Source: Spirochaetia bacterium (GTDB lineage: Bacteria > Spirochaetota > Spirochaetia > UBA9216). Taken from it: 64,000 nt of DNA. Positions 49,086 to 58,590 of this stretch are shown piece after piece; position 1 is the stretch's first letter; each line of letters opens with the position of its first letter. The stretch covers positions 224,001 through 288,000 of the forward strand of contig CAXXYH010000003.1 of assembly GCA_963677925.2 (NCBI GenBank), written 5' to 3'. Position numbers and translations under genes: made by a program. Below the pieces are notes generated by a model. The model had not been told where the DNA came from. It made no database searches and saw nothing but the letters and a program-made list of their open reading frames with translations.

Positions 49086-51305
49086 TTATTTAGAAAAAAG
49101 TTCAGAACTATATTGTTTTATCTGCTCCTTACCCTGAAGAACTCTTACTGCACCCGCAGCAAGGGCATCCATTTCGTTTTCACCGGGGTAAACTGTTACT
49201 CCGCAGTTGAGCTGATTAATGATTCCTTCAATTTCAGAAACAAGAAAATCACTCCTGACCATACCGCCTGTAAGAATTACCTGCTCGACGGCCTCGCCGT
49301 TAAAAGCCGGGAGTAAAGAGCATATTGCCTTTGCCGTCTGATATATAAGAGCTTCAATAACCGTTTCTGCAAAGGCGTCGGTCTTTGCCTGTTCAATAAT
49401 TTCTCTCAAATCTGTAGTTCCAAGAAGATCATAGAAACCGCCGCCTCCGACATTCAGAAACCTGATCTCCTTTTCGCTTAATCTGCCTGAAAAGCACAGA
49501 TCTATCAGCGCGCCGGCCGGTATAGTACCTGATCTCTGGGGAGAAAAGGGGCCCTCCCCGTTCAGAGCGTTGTTTACATCTACATAACGTCCCCTGTGAT
49601 GAGCACCTATCGAAATGCCGCCGCCCATATGACAGACAATCACATTAATATTTTCATAAAAAGTCTCATTCTCATACGCGTATCTTCTGGCAGAGGCAAT
49701 CTGATTCAAGGCATGGCTGATAATTTCTCTTTTAATACTTTTTATTCCGGTTATCTTAACCCTGTCATCAGCTTCATCGACAACTACGGGGTCTGTTATA
49801 AAAGCAGGGACATTGCTGCCATTTGTAAGAGACTCAGCTATTATTCCTCCTAAATTTGATGCATGTTCCCCGCTTATTCCGGCTTTTAAATGCTGAAGCA
49901 TGAGATCATTCACAGCGTAGGTTCCATGAGGGATTGGCTTCAGAAGGCCTCCTCTGGCCGATACGGCATCAAGGTCCTTAACAGAGTAGCCATTTTCAGT
50001 CAGAAAATTTACAACCATCGTCCTGCGGTATTCAAACTGAGAAGTTACAGGTTCGTTTTCAAATTCTTTAAGTTCTTCAGGTTTGTGCTGCAGTTCTTCT
50101 GAAAGGATCTGATATTCTCCTTCATACAGACTAACCTTTGTCGAAGTAGAACCCGGATTAATGGACAGGATCCTGTACATCGGGAAAAAATTATCCTGCG
50201 GAGTCTTTTTCCAATCCTCTTTCTGAAGTAAATTCAGCATGGTGGCTTTAATAGCAAGACGTATATCATCAGCGCTGCAGTCCTTGGCCAGATCAACTGC
50301 AGAAAAACCTATTCCGGAAATTATGGTGAATTTCTTGGCATCAGGGAAACGTGTGGCATAAAGATGATACAGCATATTCCCCATATCAAGGTTGGGACAG
50401 ATAATTACATTTGTACCACCCTGCCAGTCTTTCTCTCCCGGCTTGCTGTAATACATTGCAGATCTTTCAGACAGGGCAACATTGACCTTTACCTCACCTT
50501 CAATGTTTATTGTTTTATACCGTTGATCTTTGAGAATATATTCTTCGAGCAGGCCAGGAACCAGGGAAGAGGCCTTATTTACAAGTACAGGTGAAGGCCC
50601 TTCATCCGAGCCGTGATTGGAATAGGAAACAATTGCTCCATTGATATTTGAAAGAACATCTTCAGGAATAATATTTCTTGTAATAGTGCAGATATCAACA
50701 GCAAGATTTGCCAGTGTTTCTTCATCCATTGTCGCATTAACGCCGACATCTCCAAAGACAATTATGTTTTTTGGAAAAACCTTCTCTGAATGCTCATCAG
50801 ATAAAACAAAAATGCCGGTTTCACACTGAACTTTTCTTTTTTTCAGATACTTCAGCATCGGTCTGAAGAAAGTTATCGGTTCATGAGTTATTCCGCCTAC
50901 GACCATATCTGCATATCCGAATTTAACACATAGAATTCCAAACAGGCAGGGATCAGAAACTGCAGATCTTATTTCCTCTGTCGTTTTCCGGCTTCCTTCA
51001 GATTCTAGCTGACCTCTGTAAAAATGACAGAATTCATCAAGAATACCATGTTCAGAGGCAATATTTATAAATCTTGATTCCGAAATTGTAAACTCTACCC
51101 TGCTGCGGTCTATGGCAGCCGCCTCATTCTCATATAGAGAGCGAATCCGTTCTTCAGACTCCAGCAGAACAGGTTTTATATACCTGCATAAGTATGAAAC
51201 GGCCTCAAGTACTCTGATATCAACAGATTCTGTGAAGATAACCACCGGTCTTGAGCGGTTAAACGAAAGTATCTGCTGTTCAAGCGATTTTTCTATATCA
51301 AACAT
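49086..51305 (-). CDS. buk: Phosphate acyltransferase-like domain fused to butyrate kinase
   Basis: N-terminal half Pta-like (ESVDIRVLEA, GDVGVN, SYSNHGS, PNLDMGN); C-terminal half INPGSTSTK, RGGLL, HASNLG, DPVVVDE, HALNQ, HMGGG, PGENEM. Confidence 0.9.
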   Translation of the reverse strand: MFDIEKSLEQQILSFNRSRPVVIFTESVDIRVLEAVSYLCRYIKPVLLESEERIRSLYENEAAAIDRSRVEFTISESRFINIASEHGILDEFCHFYRGQLESEGSRKTTEEIRSAVSDPCLFGILCVKFGYADMVVGGITHEPITFFRPMLKYLKKRKVQCETGIFVLSDEHSEKVFPKNIIVFGDVGVNATMDEETLANLAVDICTITRNIIPEDVLSNINGAIVSYSNHGSDEGPSPVLVNKASSLVPGLLEEYILKDQRYKTINIEGEVKVNVALSERSAMYYSKPGEKDWQGGTNVIICPNLDMGNMLYHLYATRFPDAKKFTIISGIGFSAVDLAKDCSADDIRLAIKATMLNLLQKEDWKKTPQDNFFPMYRILSINPGSTSTKVSLYEGEYQILSEELQHKPEELKEFENEPVTSQFEYRRTMVVNFLTENGYSVKDLDAVSARGGLLKPIPHGTYAVNDLMLQHLKAGISGEHASNLGGIIAESLTNGSNVPAFITDPVVVDEADDRVKITGIKSIKREIISHALNQIASARRYAYENETFYENINVIVCHMGGGISIGAHHRGRYVDVNNALNGEGPFSPQRSGTIPAGALIDLCFSGRLSEKEIRFLNVGGGGFYDLLGTTDLREIIEQAKTDAFAETVIEALIYQTAKAICSLLPAFNGEAVEQVILTGGMVRSDFLVSEIEGIINQLNCGVTVYPGENEMDALAAGAVRVLQGKEQIKQYSSELFSK

Positions 51306-51308
51306 AAA

Positions 51309-51968
51309 CTACTCCGTGGCAAGTTTATAACCGGTTTCTTCAGCATCTTTCAGAATTTTAAGATTGCGTTCATAATCAGGCTGAGCAAGATCTTCAGGGA
51401 TCTTCATCATCCTGTAAAGCGCCTTCAGTCTTGAAGCATTCAAATCAAGCTGTCCCGCTACTGCAAGTCTTGTAGAATTTTGAAAGGTAAAACTGTTTCC
51501 TTCCCCGAAATTTGAAGTTATGAAATTAAAAAGATCTACAAGAGGTCCGGCATCTTCATCAGAACTGCTGCCCATAGCAGTTATAAGGTGAAATTTCTTT
51601 GACCAGGCTATATGGGGAGTATGAAGAATACCGTCCCTGGTAATTTGAACAGTGATAAATGATCTGAACCGATCAAGTATTTTTTTCATTGAAGCTGTCA
51701 TATGATGAAAATAGACAGGAGTTGCAAAAACAAGAAGGTCCGAAGCCAGAATCTCACTGCTTAGAGTCTCCCATTCATCATTTTTTATAATGCATTTCTT
51801 TTTTACATTGCAGACAAGGCATCCTGTACAGGGCTTGATGTCAAGCTTATCAGTTTCATACAGACTAATCTCTGCGCCTGCCGTCTCTGCTCCTTTTAAA
51901 AAAGCATCCAATATTCTTCTGCTGTTTGAATTCTTACGCGGGCTTCCGCTGAATGCAGTAACTTTCAT
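51309..51968 (-). CDS. Iron-sulfur flavoprotein / flavodoxin family
   Basis: GSPRKNSNS, CTGCLVC..C, ATPVYF. Confidence 0.85.
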   Translation of the reverse strand: MKVTAFSGSPRKNSNSRRILDAFLKGAETAGAEISLYETDKLDIKPCTGCLVCNVKKKCIIKNDEWETLSSEILASDLLVFATPVYFHHMTASMKKILDRFRSFITVQITRDGILHTPHIAWSKKFHLITAMGSSSDEDAGPLVDLFNFITSNFGEGNSFTFQNSTRLAVAGQLDLNASRLKALYRMMKIPEDLAQPDYERNLKILKDAEETGYKLATE

Positions 51969-52046
51969 AAGCTAATGATATCTTATTTTAATTTTAAATA
52001 CAATTTTTTGTTTGCAATATACACCTGGCTCCGCTATTCTGAAAGT

Positions 52047-53012
52047 ATGGCAGTAATTTTACCAATAGCAAGCGGAAAAGGCGGCGTCGGAAAAACAGTT
52101 ATTACCGGGTCGGCCGGAGTGCACCTGTCCAATTTAGGATTTAAAACTGTATTAATTGACCTTGATTTGGGTGGAAGTAATCTTCACACCTGCCTTGGTG
52201 TACGTAACCGGCATAACGGTATGGGTGCCTTCATCAATAAACAGGAATCAAATATTGAAGATATTATGGTGCCGGCAATCAACAATAATCTTTTTATGAT
52301 TCCAGGCGACATGCTGTATCCAGGGACTGGAAACCTTCCCTTTTTTATCAAACAGAAGATAATAAAACAGATTCTTGAGATAGAAGCAGATTATGTACTG
52401 CTCGATCTTGGTGCCGGCACAGCCTATAACACTGTAGATTTTTTCCTTATATCGAGCCCCGGTATTATTATTACTACACCTGAAACTACATCAATTCTTA
52501 ATGCATACTCGTTTATTAAGACAGCTGTTTTCAGACTGCTTTTCAGAAGCTTCAAGGCTAAAAGTGATGAAAGGAAAATTATACAGGAGTTTGTTTCCCA
52601 GAAACTTGAAGGCTCGGGAAGATCCTTCAGTGCTGATCTGATAAATGAATTATATGGTTATTCAAGACAGTCAGGTGAAATTGCAGAAAGCAAACTGCAT
52701 GACTTTTTCCCCTGGATAGTCCTTAACCGTGTTTCAGATGCAGGCAACAGTGCTCTAGGTTCAAAGCTGAAAGAAATAACTGTTAAAAATATTGGAATCG
52801 AAGTTGAAGACATCGGCAGTCTGCCTGATGACCAAAGTGTCGGCCGGTCAATCTTTTCACGGAAGCCTGCAGTGGTTGAAGCCCCAGACAGCCCTTTCAG
52901 CAGGGAACTTCTGCGGCTGATTCAGAAAATAAGTTCCGGAGCAATTCCGAAACAGCATGGACTCTACCTTGATGATGAAGAAATACTGCAGATTGATGCT
53001 CAGGAAGAATAA
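52047..53012 (+). CDS. MinD/FlhG-like P-loop ATPase
   Basis: SGKGGVGKT, DLDLGGSNL, DLGAG, TPETTS; start moved to ATG 52047. Confidence 0.88.
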   Translation: MAVILPIASGKGGVGKTVITGSAGVHLSNLGFKTVLIDLDLGGSNLHTCLGVRNRHNGMGAFINKQESNIEDIMVPAINNNLFMIPGDMLYPGTGNLPFFIKQKIIKQILEIEADYVLLDLGAGTAYNTVDFFLISSPGIIITTPETTSILNAYSFIKTAVFRLLFRSFKAKSDERKIIQEFVSQKLEGSGRSFSADLINELYGYSRQSGEIAESKLHDFFPWIVLNRVSDAGNSALGSKLKEITVKNIGIEVEDIGSLPDDQSVGRSIFSRKPAVVEAPDSPFSRELLRLIQKISSGAIPKQHGLYLDDEEILQIDAQEE

Positions 53013-53015
53013 GAT

Positions 53016-54488
53016 TTAATTCTGCATACTCTCATATATCCTGATATATGCTTCAGCAGATTTCTCCCAGTCGAATCTTTTTTTCATAGCAGCCTTTCTC
53101 ATTTTTGTTATATGAGGTCGTCTGTTTTCCCAAGTATCAACCACCCAGTGCATTACATTGTACAGGACCTCCGGGTTTATATCATCAAAGACAAAGCCTG
53201 TACCGCTGCCGGTTTCCTGATCGTAATTTTCAACAGTATCCGCTAAACCTCCTGTAGAACGTACAATCGGCAGAGTTCCGTAGGAAAGAGAATATATCTG
53301 GTTCAGACCGCAGGGTTCGTAAATACTCGGCATCAGAAAGAAATCTGAACCAGCCTCGATCAGGTGCGCCAGACGGTTGTTAAATCCTATATATACAGAT
53401 AAATTGGGAAGCCCGTCTGCCAGGCTGTTGAGTTCATCTTCACACCACCGGTCTCCGCTTCCGAGGAGCACAAACTGTACATTCATGCTGCTGCAAATCG
53501 AATACAGAGATCCGTAATTCGGTGCGCATAGTTCCTTAAAGCCCTTCTGCTCTACCAGTCGGCTTATCATTCCAACCAGAGGCACTTTCGGATCAATCTT
53601 CAGTCCCATTTCCTTCTGCAGGAGTTTTTTAACAGACGCCTTATTTTTCAGTGAATCGGCACTGAAATAATCAGGTTCGATGTACTTGTCCTTTTCCGGC
53701 GACCAGACATCGTAATCAATGCCATTCAGAATGCCATGCAGGTCTTCATGTCTGTAATTAAGCAGACCATCCATATTGAAACCGTGTTCAGGGCGTTTAA
53801 TTTCCTCAGCATAATTTGGAGAAACTGTTGTAATTTTGTCCGCAGTAATTATTCCTGATTTAAGGAAGTTCAGTGCCCCCGAAAACTCAAGTGCCGAAAG
53901 ATTCAGGCGGTCCGTCTCCTTTTGCAGGTAGACAGCATCCTTAAGATCGAAGATTCCCTGATAGCCCAGATTGTGAATGGTCAAAACACTTGAAGTTCCG
54001 GAGAATTCTGTAGCCTGTTCTTCTTTTTTGAGCAGGTAGCATGCGGGTGCTGACGGCCAGTCATGACAATGCAGAACATCGGGAATCCAGTGAAGCATTC
54101 GGCAAAGCTGAAAGGCGCCCCGGGAAAGAAGTGCAAAACGGGCTGCATTGTCCTTAAAACCCTCGTCCGGTCTGTGACCGTAGATGCCGTCACGTCCGTA
54201 GAAGCGCTCATGATCAAGAAAATATACCGGAACTTCAGAACCCGGCAGGACCGTTTCATAAACAGCGGTCCATTCTTCACCATGTCCAAGCCATATCCCC
54301 AGGGCTTCATCATGTTTTTTGAGCTCGGATCGGTCAATATGATAATATCTGGGCATTATGATTCTTACGTCATAACCAAGTCTTTTCAACTGAAGTGACA
54401 GTTCTGTAACGACCTCAGCAAGCCCTCCTGTTTTTGCAAAAGGGATAGCTTCGCTTGAAACCATGAGTATTTTCTTTACTTCTTTCAC
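53016..54488 (-). CDS. glgA: Glycogen synthase (GT5, ADP-glucose type)
   Basis: KTGGL, HCHDW, TIHNLGYQG, SRLVEQKG, EPCGLNQ; GTG start 54488 behind GGAG. Confidence 0.95.
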   Translation of the reverse strand: MKEVKKILMVSSEAIPFAKTGGLAEVVTELSLQLKRLGYDVRIIMPRYYHIDRSELKKHDEALGIWLGHGEEWTAVYETVLPGSEVPVYFLDHERFYGRDGIYGHRPDEGFKDNAARFALLSRGAFQLCRMLHWIPDVLHCHDWPSAPACYLLKKEEQATEFSGTSSVLTIHNLGYQGIFDLKDAVYLQKETDRLNLSALEFSGALNFLKSGIITADKITTVSPNYAEEIKRPEHGFNMDGLLNYRHEDLHGILNGIDYDVWSPEKDKYIEPDYFSADSLKNKASVKKLLQKEMGLKIDPKVPLVGMISRLVEQKGFKELCAPNYGSLYSICSSMNVQFVLLGSGDRWCEDELNSLADGLPNLSVYIGFNNRLAHLIEAGSDFFLMPSIYEPCGLNQIYSLSYGTLPIVRSTGGLADTVENYDQETGSGTGFVFDDINPEVLYNVMHWVVDTWENRRPHITKMRKAAMKKRFDWEKSAEAYIRIYESMQN

Positions 54489-54502
54489 ATACAGCTCCGG
54501 TT

Positions 54503-56131
54503 TTATTCTTTTATCAGTAATGCAGCGACTCCGCATTTTCCCAAATTAACAATAAGATGCTCATTTACATATTCGGTCTGTGCATCCAGAGCATATATTA
54601 ACTTAAATTCAGGTATATGTCCTGCTGAAAAACTTTGGGGTGAATTAGTGTTGAAATTAGCTGCAAGAAGAATTTTTCTGCCGGTTTTGCTGTCAGTACG
54701 CTCACAGATTATCAGGCTGTCATTACCGGTTTCAATAAACTTGATATTTCCGCCCTTACGCAGCAGCGGCTCCGCTGAGAGGATACTGTTAACAGATTTT
54801 ATAAAATCGGTTAAATCAAGTTCACCGCTTAAATCAACCTTTCCCTGGTAACCGATAAACTCTACCTTCCTGGGGTATCCGTTTTCAAAGCCCTGAACTG
54901 CTCCGGACTGACCTGTGCCCATAAGTGCACAGCAGAAATACCTTGGAATCGAGGATAATGCTGTCCCGAAAAGCTGTGCAGCCGCGCCGGTGTCATGTGA
55001 AGTAGGCTGAATCATGTAACGGAGAGTATCCCTGCTGTCATGGATGAACTGAAAATATTGCTGAAGTCTCGGAGCAAAGGGCTGTTCCCAGGTATTTGCC
55101 GTCAGAAGGTTCAGTCCAAGTGATGAAACCCCTTTTATAAGATCTTCATCTGAACCAAAAAATTCAGAAAGAATAATAATTCCAGGTGAAAACTTCCGCA
55201 GACGGTGAATAAACCATTTTATAAATTCCATATTGGATGAATGCAGATTATCAAGCCGGATTACAGCACCGCATTTCTCAACCTTTTTAACCCAGAAAAG
55301 AACATATGAAAGCATGTATTCATAGATATCATGTTTTATTTTTTCAGCGGGATGATCATAATTGATTAAAACCAAATCCTCCCAGGAAATCCAGCTGTTC
55401 ATATGCCAGCAGCCGGCCCTTTTCAGACCGTCAGCGCGTTCCTTATCAGAAATAAACCAGTGGCCGTTGGTTCTTGTAAGTTCATTCTGATCACTTAAAT
55501 GGTTTAATACAATGTCAAAGCATATTCTGATACCATTATCTGCCGCCTTTTGGGCAAAAAGTTCAAAATCAGCTTCATCGCCCCGATATCCGGGATCGAG
55601 TTTAAACAGATCCGCTGCAGCATATGGACTTTGAGAGGGTCCCATAGCTGTGAATGGAAGTATATGAACCGCGTTAAAACCAAGATCAGATATTTCATCC
55701 AGTTTTGCAGTCCAGTCAGCTATGGTTCCTGATACAGTTGGTATAAGCGTATACATCCGCAGGTTGTGCATAAAATCAGGATCAACAAGAAGACGGTGGT
55801 AATCTCCGGGTTCCCAGAAGGCGTCATGCCCCTGTACCATGAAAAAGCGGAAACTGAAAAAACCTCCTTTCGGGAGATCTATTGAAAGTGTATAGATACA
55901 TGGGTCTTCATTTTTTTTAAATTTAATCCTGCCCCACTGAGTTTCAGGAAGATCAGTATGGATGTAAATCTCATCTGAATCAGGAGGCTGCTGAAATTCA
56001 AGCTGAAGTATCAGTTCTGAAGAACCTGTTACCCTGTTAAAATCTTTAACAGGGTTCAGGATTCCATCCATATCAGATATTTCAAACTTCCAGTTTCTTA
56101 TACTGGTTAGAACACAGTTATTTTTTAACAT
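54503..56131 (-). CDS. GH13 protein resembling the glucanotransferase half of eukaryotic glycogen debranching enzyme
   Basis: GFNAVHILP, SPY, DIVLNH, WEDL, RLDNLHS, SEFFGS, SHDT. Confidence 0.7.
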   Translation of the reverse strand: MLKNNCVLTSIRNWKFEISDMDGILNPVKDFNRVTGSSELILQLEFQQPPDSDEIYIHTDLPETQWGRIKFKKNEDPCIYTLSIDLPKGGFFSFRFFMVQGHDAFWEPGDYHRLLVDPDFMHNLRMYTLIPTVSGTIADWTAKLDEISDLGFNAVHILPFTAMGPSQSPYAAADLFKLDPGYRGDEADFELFAQKAADNGIRICFDIVLNHLSDQNELTRTNGHWFISDKERADGLKRAGCWHMNSWISWEDLVLINYDHPAEKIKHDIYEYMLSYVLFWVKKVEKCGAVIRLDNLHSSNMEFIKWFIHRLRKFSPGIIILSEFFGSDEDLIKGVSSLGLNLLTANTWEQPFAPRLQQYFQFIHDSRDTLRYMIQPTSHDTGAAAQLFGTALSSIPRYFCCALMGTGQSGAVQGFENGYPRKVEFIGYQGKVDLSGELDLTDFIKSVNSILSAEPLLRKGGNIKFIETGNDSLIICERTDSKTGRKILLAANFNTNSPQSFSAGHIPEFKLIYALDAQTEYVNEHLIVNLGKCGVAALLIKE

Positions 56132-58562
56132 GGCAGGGCTTCAGGTTCCATATGTCTCCGGCATACTCATCTATTGTCCTGTCTGAAGAAAATTTTCCTG
56201 CGCTTGCAATGTTAATCAGTGAGGATTTCAGCCAGGACTCACGGTCTCTGTATTTGATTTCAACCAGTTTTTGCGCATCGATGTAGGCCGGCAGATCAGC
56301 AAGATTCATATAGTAATCATAATCCATAAGGTTTTTTATCAGCTGATCAAAAATTCCAGGTTCACTGATATTGAAAAATCCGCTGTTCATGAGCTTGAAG
56401 ATTTCAGCTATCTCCGGGTAATTGAGAAGATAGTCTACCGGTTTATAACCGTTTCTTTTTTCAGTTACTTCCTCTGTTTTCATTCCGAAAATGAACATAT
56501 TCTCTTCACCGGCTTCCTCAACAATCTCTATATTTGCACCGTCAAGAGTTCCCATGGTAAGCGCCCCGTTAAGCATGAACTTCATATTGCTCGTACCGGA
56601 AGCCTCTGTTCCGGCTGTGGATATCTGTTCGGAAATTTCTGCTGCCGGAAAAATCTTCTCAGCCAGTGAGACGCTGTAATTCGGAAGGAAAAAGACCTTC
56701 AGCATTTCATTTACTTTTCGATCACCGTTAATAACATGGCTTACATTATTTATAAGCTTTATTATCATTTTGGCCATATCATAGCCCGGAGCAGCTTTTC
56801 CGCTGAAAATAAAAGTTCTCGGATATATTTTTTCCCCGGATCTTATCCTGTTATATAAAACTATAATATGCAGAACATTAAGCAGCTGTCTTTTATATTC
56901 ATGTATACGCTTAACATGAATATCAAAAATTGATTCAGGGTCCATTATGAAACCGAATTCTTTTTTACAGTGCGCAGCAAGATCAATCTTGCCCTGTTTT
57001 TTAACCTGATCAAGTTTTTCAAGGAATGCACTGTCATCGACGTGCTTTTTAAGCCCCTTAAGTTCCGAGAGATTTGTAATCCAGCCATCCCCGATACTCG
57101 AGGTAATCAGCTCGGAAAGCGGTTTATTTGCCTTCCGCAGCCATCTGCGCTGAGTTATTCCGTTGGTTTTGTTATTAAAACGCTCGGGAAATATTTCGTA
57201 GAAATCCGGAACAAGCCGTTCTTTAATCAGTTTTGAATGAATTTCCGCAACACCGTTTACCGAATGTGAACCCAGGATTGCGAGAGGAGCCATTCTTATC
57301 CTTTTTTCACCATGCTCTTCTATAAGTGAAAGCCGGGAAAGTTTCCCCATATCGCCCGGATACATCCCTGTGACCTTCTGCAGAAAGAAATGGTTAATCT
57401 GGTAGATTATCTCCAGATGACGCGGCAGAAAGCGTTCAAACATGCTTACAGGCCATGTTTCAAGGGCTTCAGGCATCAATGTATGGTTTGTATATCCCAG
57501 GCAGGCTCTTGTGACATCCCAGGCTGTATCCCAGTCAATTTCTTCGATATCTACAAGAATACGCATCAGTTCCGGAACTGCAATTGCAGGATGGGTATCA
57601 TTAAGCTGTATTGCCATATAATTACTGAGGTTCTCTATAGGCTCATTAAGGCGCTTGAATCTTCTAAATATATCCTGCATTGAAGCACTCACGAAGAAAA
57701 ACTGCTGCTTGAACCTCAATTCCTTACCCGAATAAATTGCGTCATTGGGATACAGAACCTGTGTCAATGTTTCAGCAAGAACTTCTTCATCAACTGTGTT
57801 ATAGTAATCACCCTGATTGAAAGCCTGAAAATCAAACTGTTCCGAACTCTTGGAATCCCAGAGCCGCAGGGTATTAACAGTATTCCCTCCGTAACCTACT
57901 ATAGGTGTATCATATGGAACACCGATTATATCATTGGTATCAACCCAGAAGCAGCGGCCTTTCTTGTTCCTTGCAACACGGCCGCCGAACTGAACTGTTA
58001 CCGGAATATCATTCCGCCTTATCTCCCATGGATTCTTGAAACGTAGCCAGTCATCGGCCTCCTCAACCTGGTAGCCGTTAACTATGGTCTGCTTGAAAAA
58101 ACCGTATTTATACCGCAGTCCATAACCGTAGGCAGGAAACTCCAAGGTTGCCAGCGAATCAAGAAAACAGGCGGCAAGTCTTCCAAGGCCGCCGTTACCA
58201 AGGCCGCTGTCAACCATTGCTGCACTTATATCCTCCCATTCAACACCTACTTCTTCAAGCATTGCATCAACTTCATTCTTTATCCCTAGATTGATCATGT
58301 TATTAGACATTGATCTTCCCATAAGGAATTCAAATGAGAAATAGTTCACAAATTTCGCTTTCTGTTCTTCGTGTGTTTTTTTGGAGGCAAACCACCGGTC
58401 AATTATTCGATCCCTTACCATAAAAGCAAGGGCAATATACTTGTCTGTACTGTGGCTGTTCTCAAGCTTCACAGCAAGGCTGTATTTTAGATGTTCAAGA
58501 AATCCCTGTTTGATTTCTTCGGTACTTATACCTTTTTCAGGTAACCCGTAGGTATTCTGCAT
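56118..58562 (-). CDS. glgP: Glycogen phosphorylase
   Basis: GNGGLGRLAAC, QLNDTHP, YTNHT, KRIHEYKRQ, EASGTSNMK; ATG 58562 behind AAGGAG. Confidence 0.96.
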   Translation of the reverse strand: MQNTYGLPEKGISTEEIKQGFLEHLKYSLAVKLENSHSTDKYIALAFMVRDRIIDRWFASKKTHEEQKAKFVNYFSFEFLMGRSMSNNMINLGIKNEVDAMLEEVGVEWEDISAAMVDSGLGNGGLGRLAACFLDSLATLEFPAYGYGLRYKYGFFKQTIVNGYQVEEADDWLRFKNPWEIRRNDIPVTVQFGGRVARNKKGRCFWVDTNDIIGVPYDTPIVGYGGNTVNTLRLWDSKSSEQFDFQAFNQGDYYNTVDEEVLAETLTQVLYPNDAIYSGKELRFKQQFFFVSASMQDIFRRFKRLNEPIENLSNYMAIQLNDTHPAIAVPELMRILVDIEEIDWDTAWDVTRACLGYTNHTLMPEALETWPVSMFERFLPRHLEIIYQINHFFLQKVTGMYPGDMGKLSRLSLIEEHGEKRIRMAPLAILGSHSVNGVAEIHSKLIKERLVPDFYEIFPERFNNKTNGITQRRWLRKANKPLSELITSSIGDGWITNLSELKGLKKHVDDSAFLEKLDQVKKQGKIDLAAHCKKEFGFIMDPESIFDIHVKRIHEYKRQLLNVLHIIVLYNRIRSGEKIYPRTFIFSGKAAPGYDMAKMIIKLINNVSHVINGDRKVNEMLKVFFLPNYSVSLAEKIFPAAEISEQISTAGTEASGTSNMKFMLNGALTMGTLDGANIEIVEEAGEENMFIFGMKTEEVTEKRNGYKPVDYLLNYPEIAEIFKLMNSGFFNISEPGIFDQLIKNLMDYDYYMNLADLPAYIDAQKLVEIKYRDRESWLKSSLINIASAGKFSSDRTIDEYAGDIWNLKPCHVKK

Positions 58563-58590
58563 AACCGCTCCTTGCGGCAAGGACTCTCCT

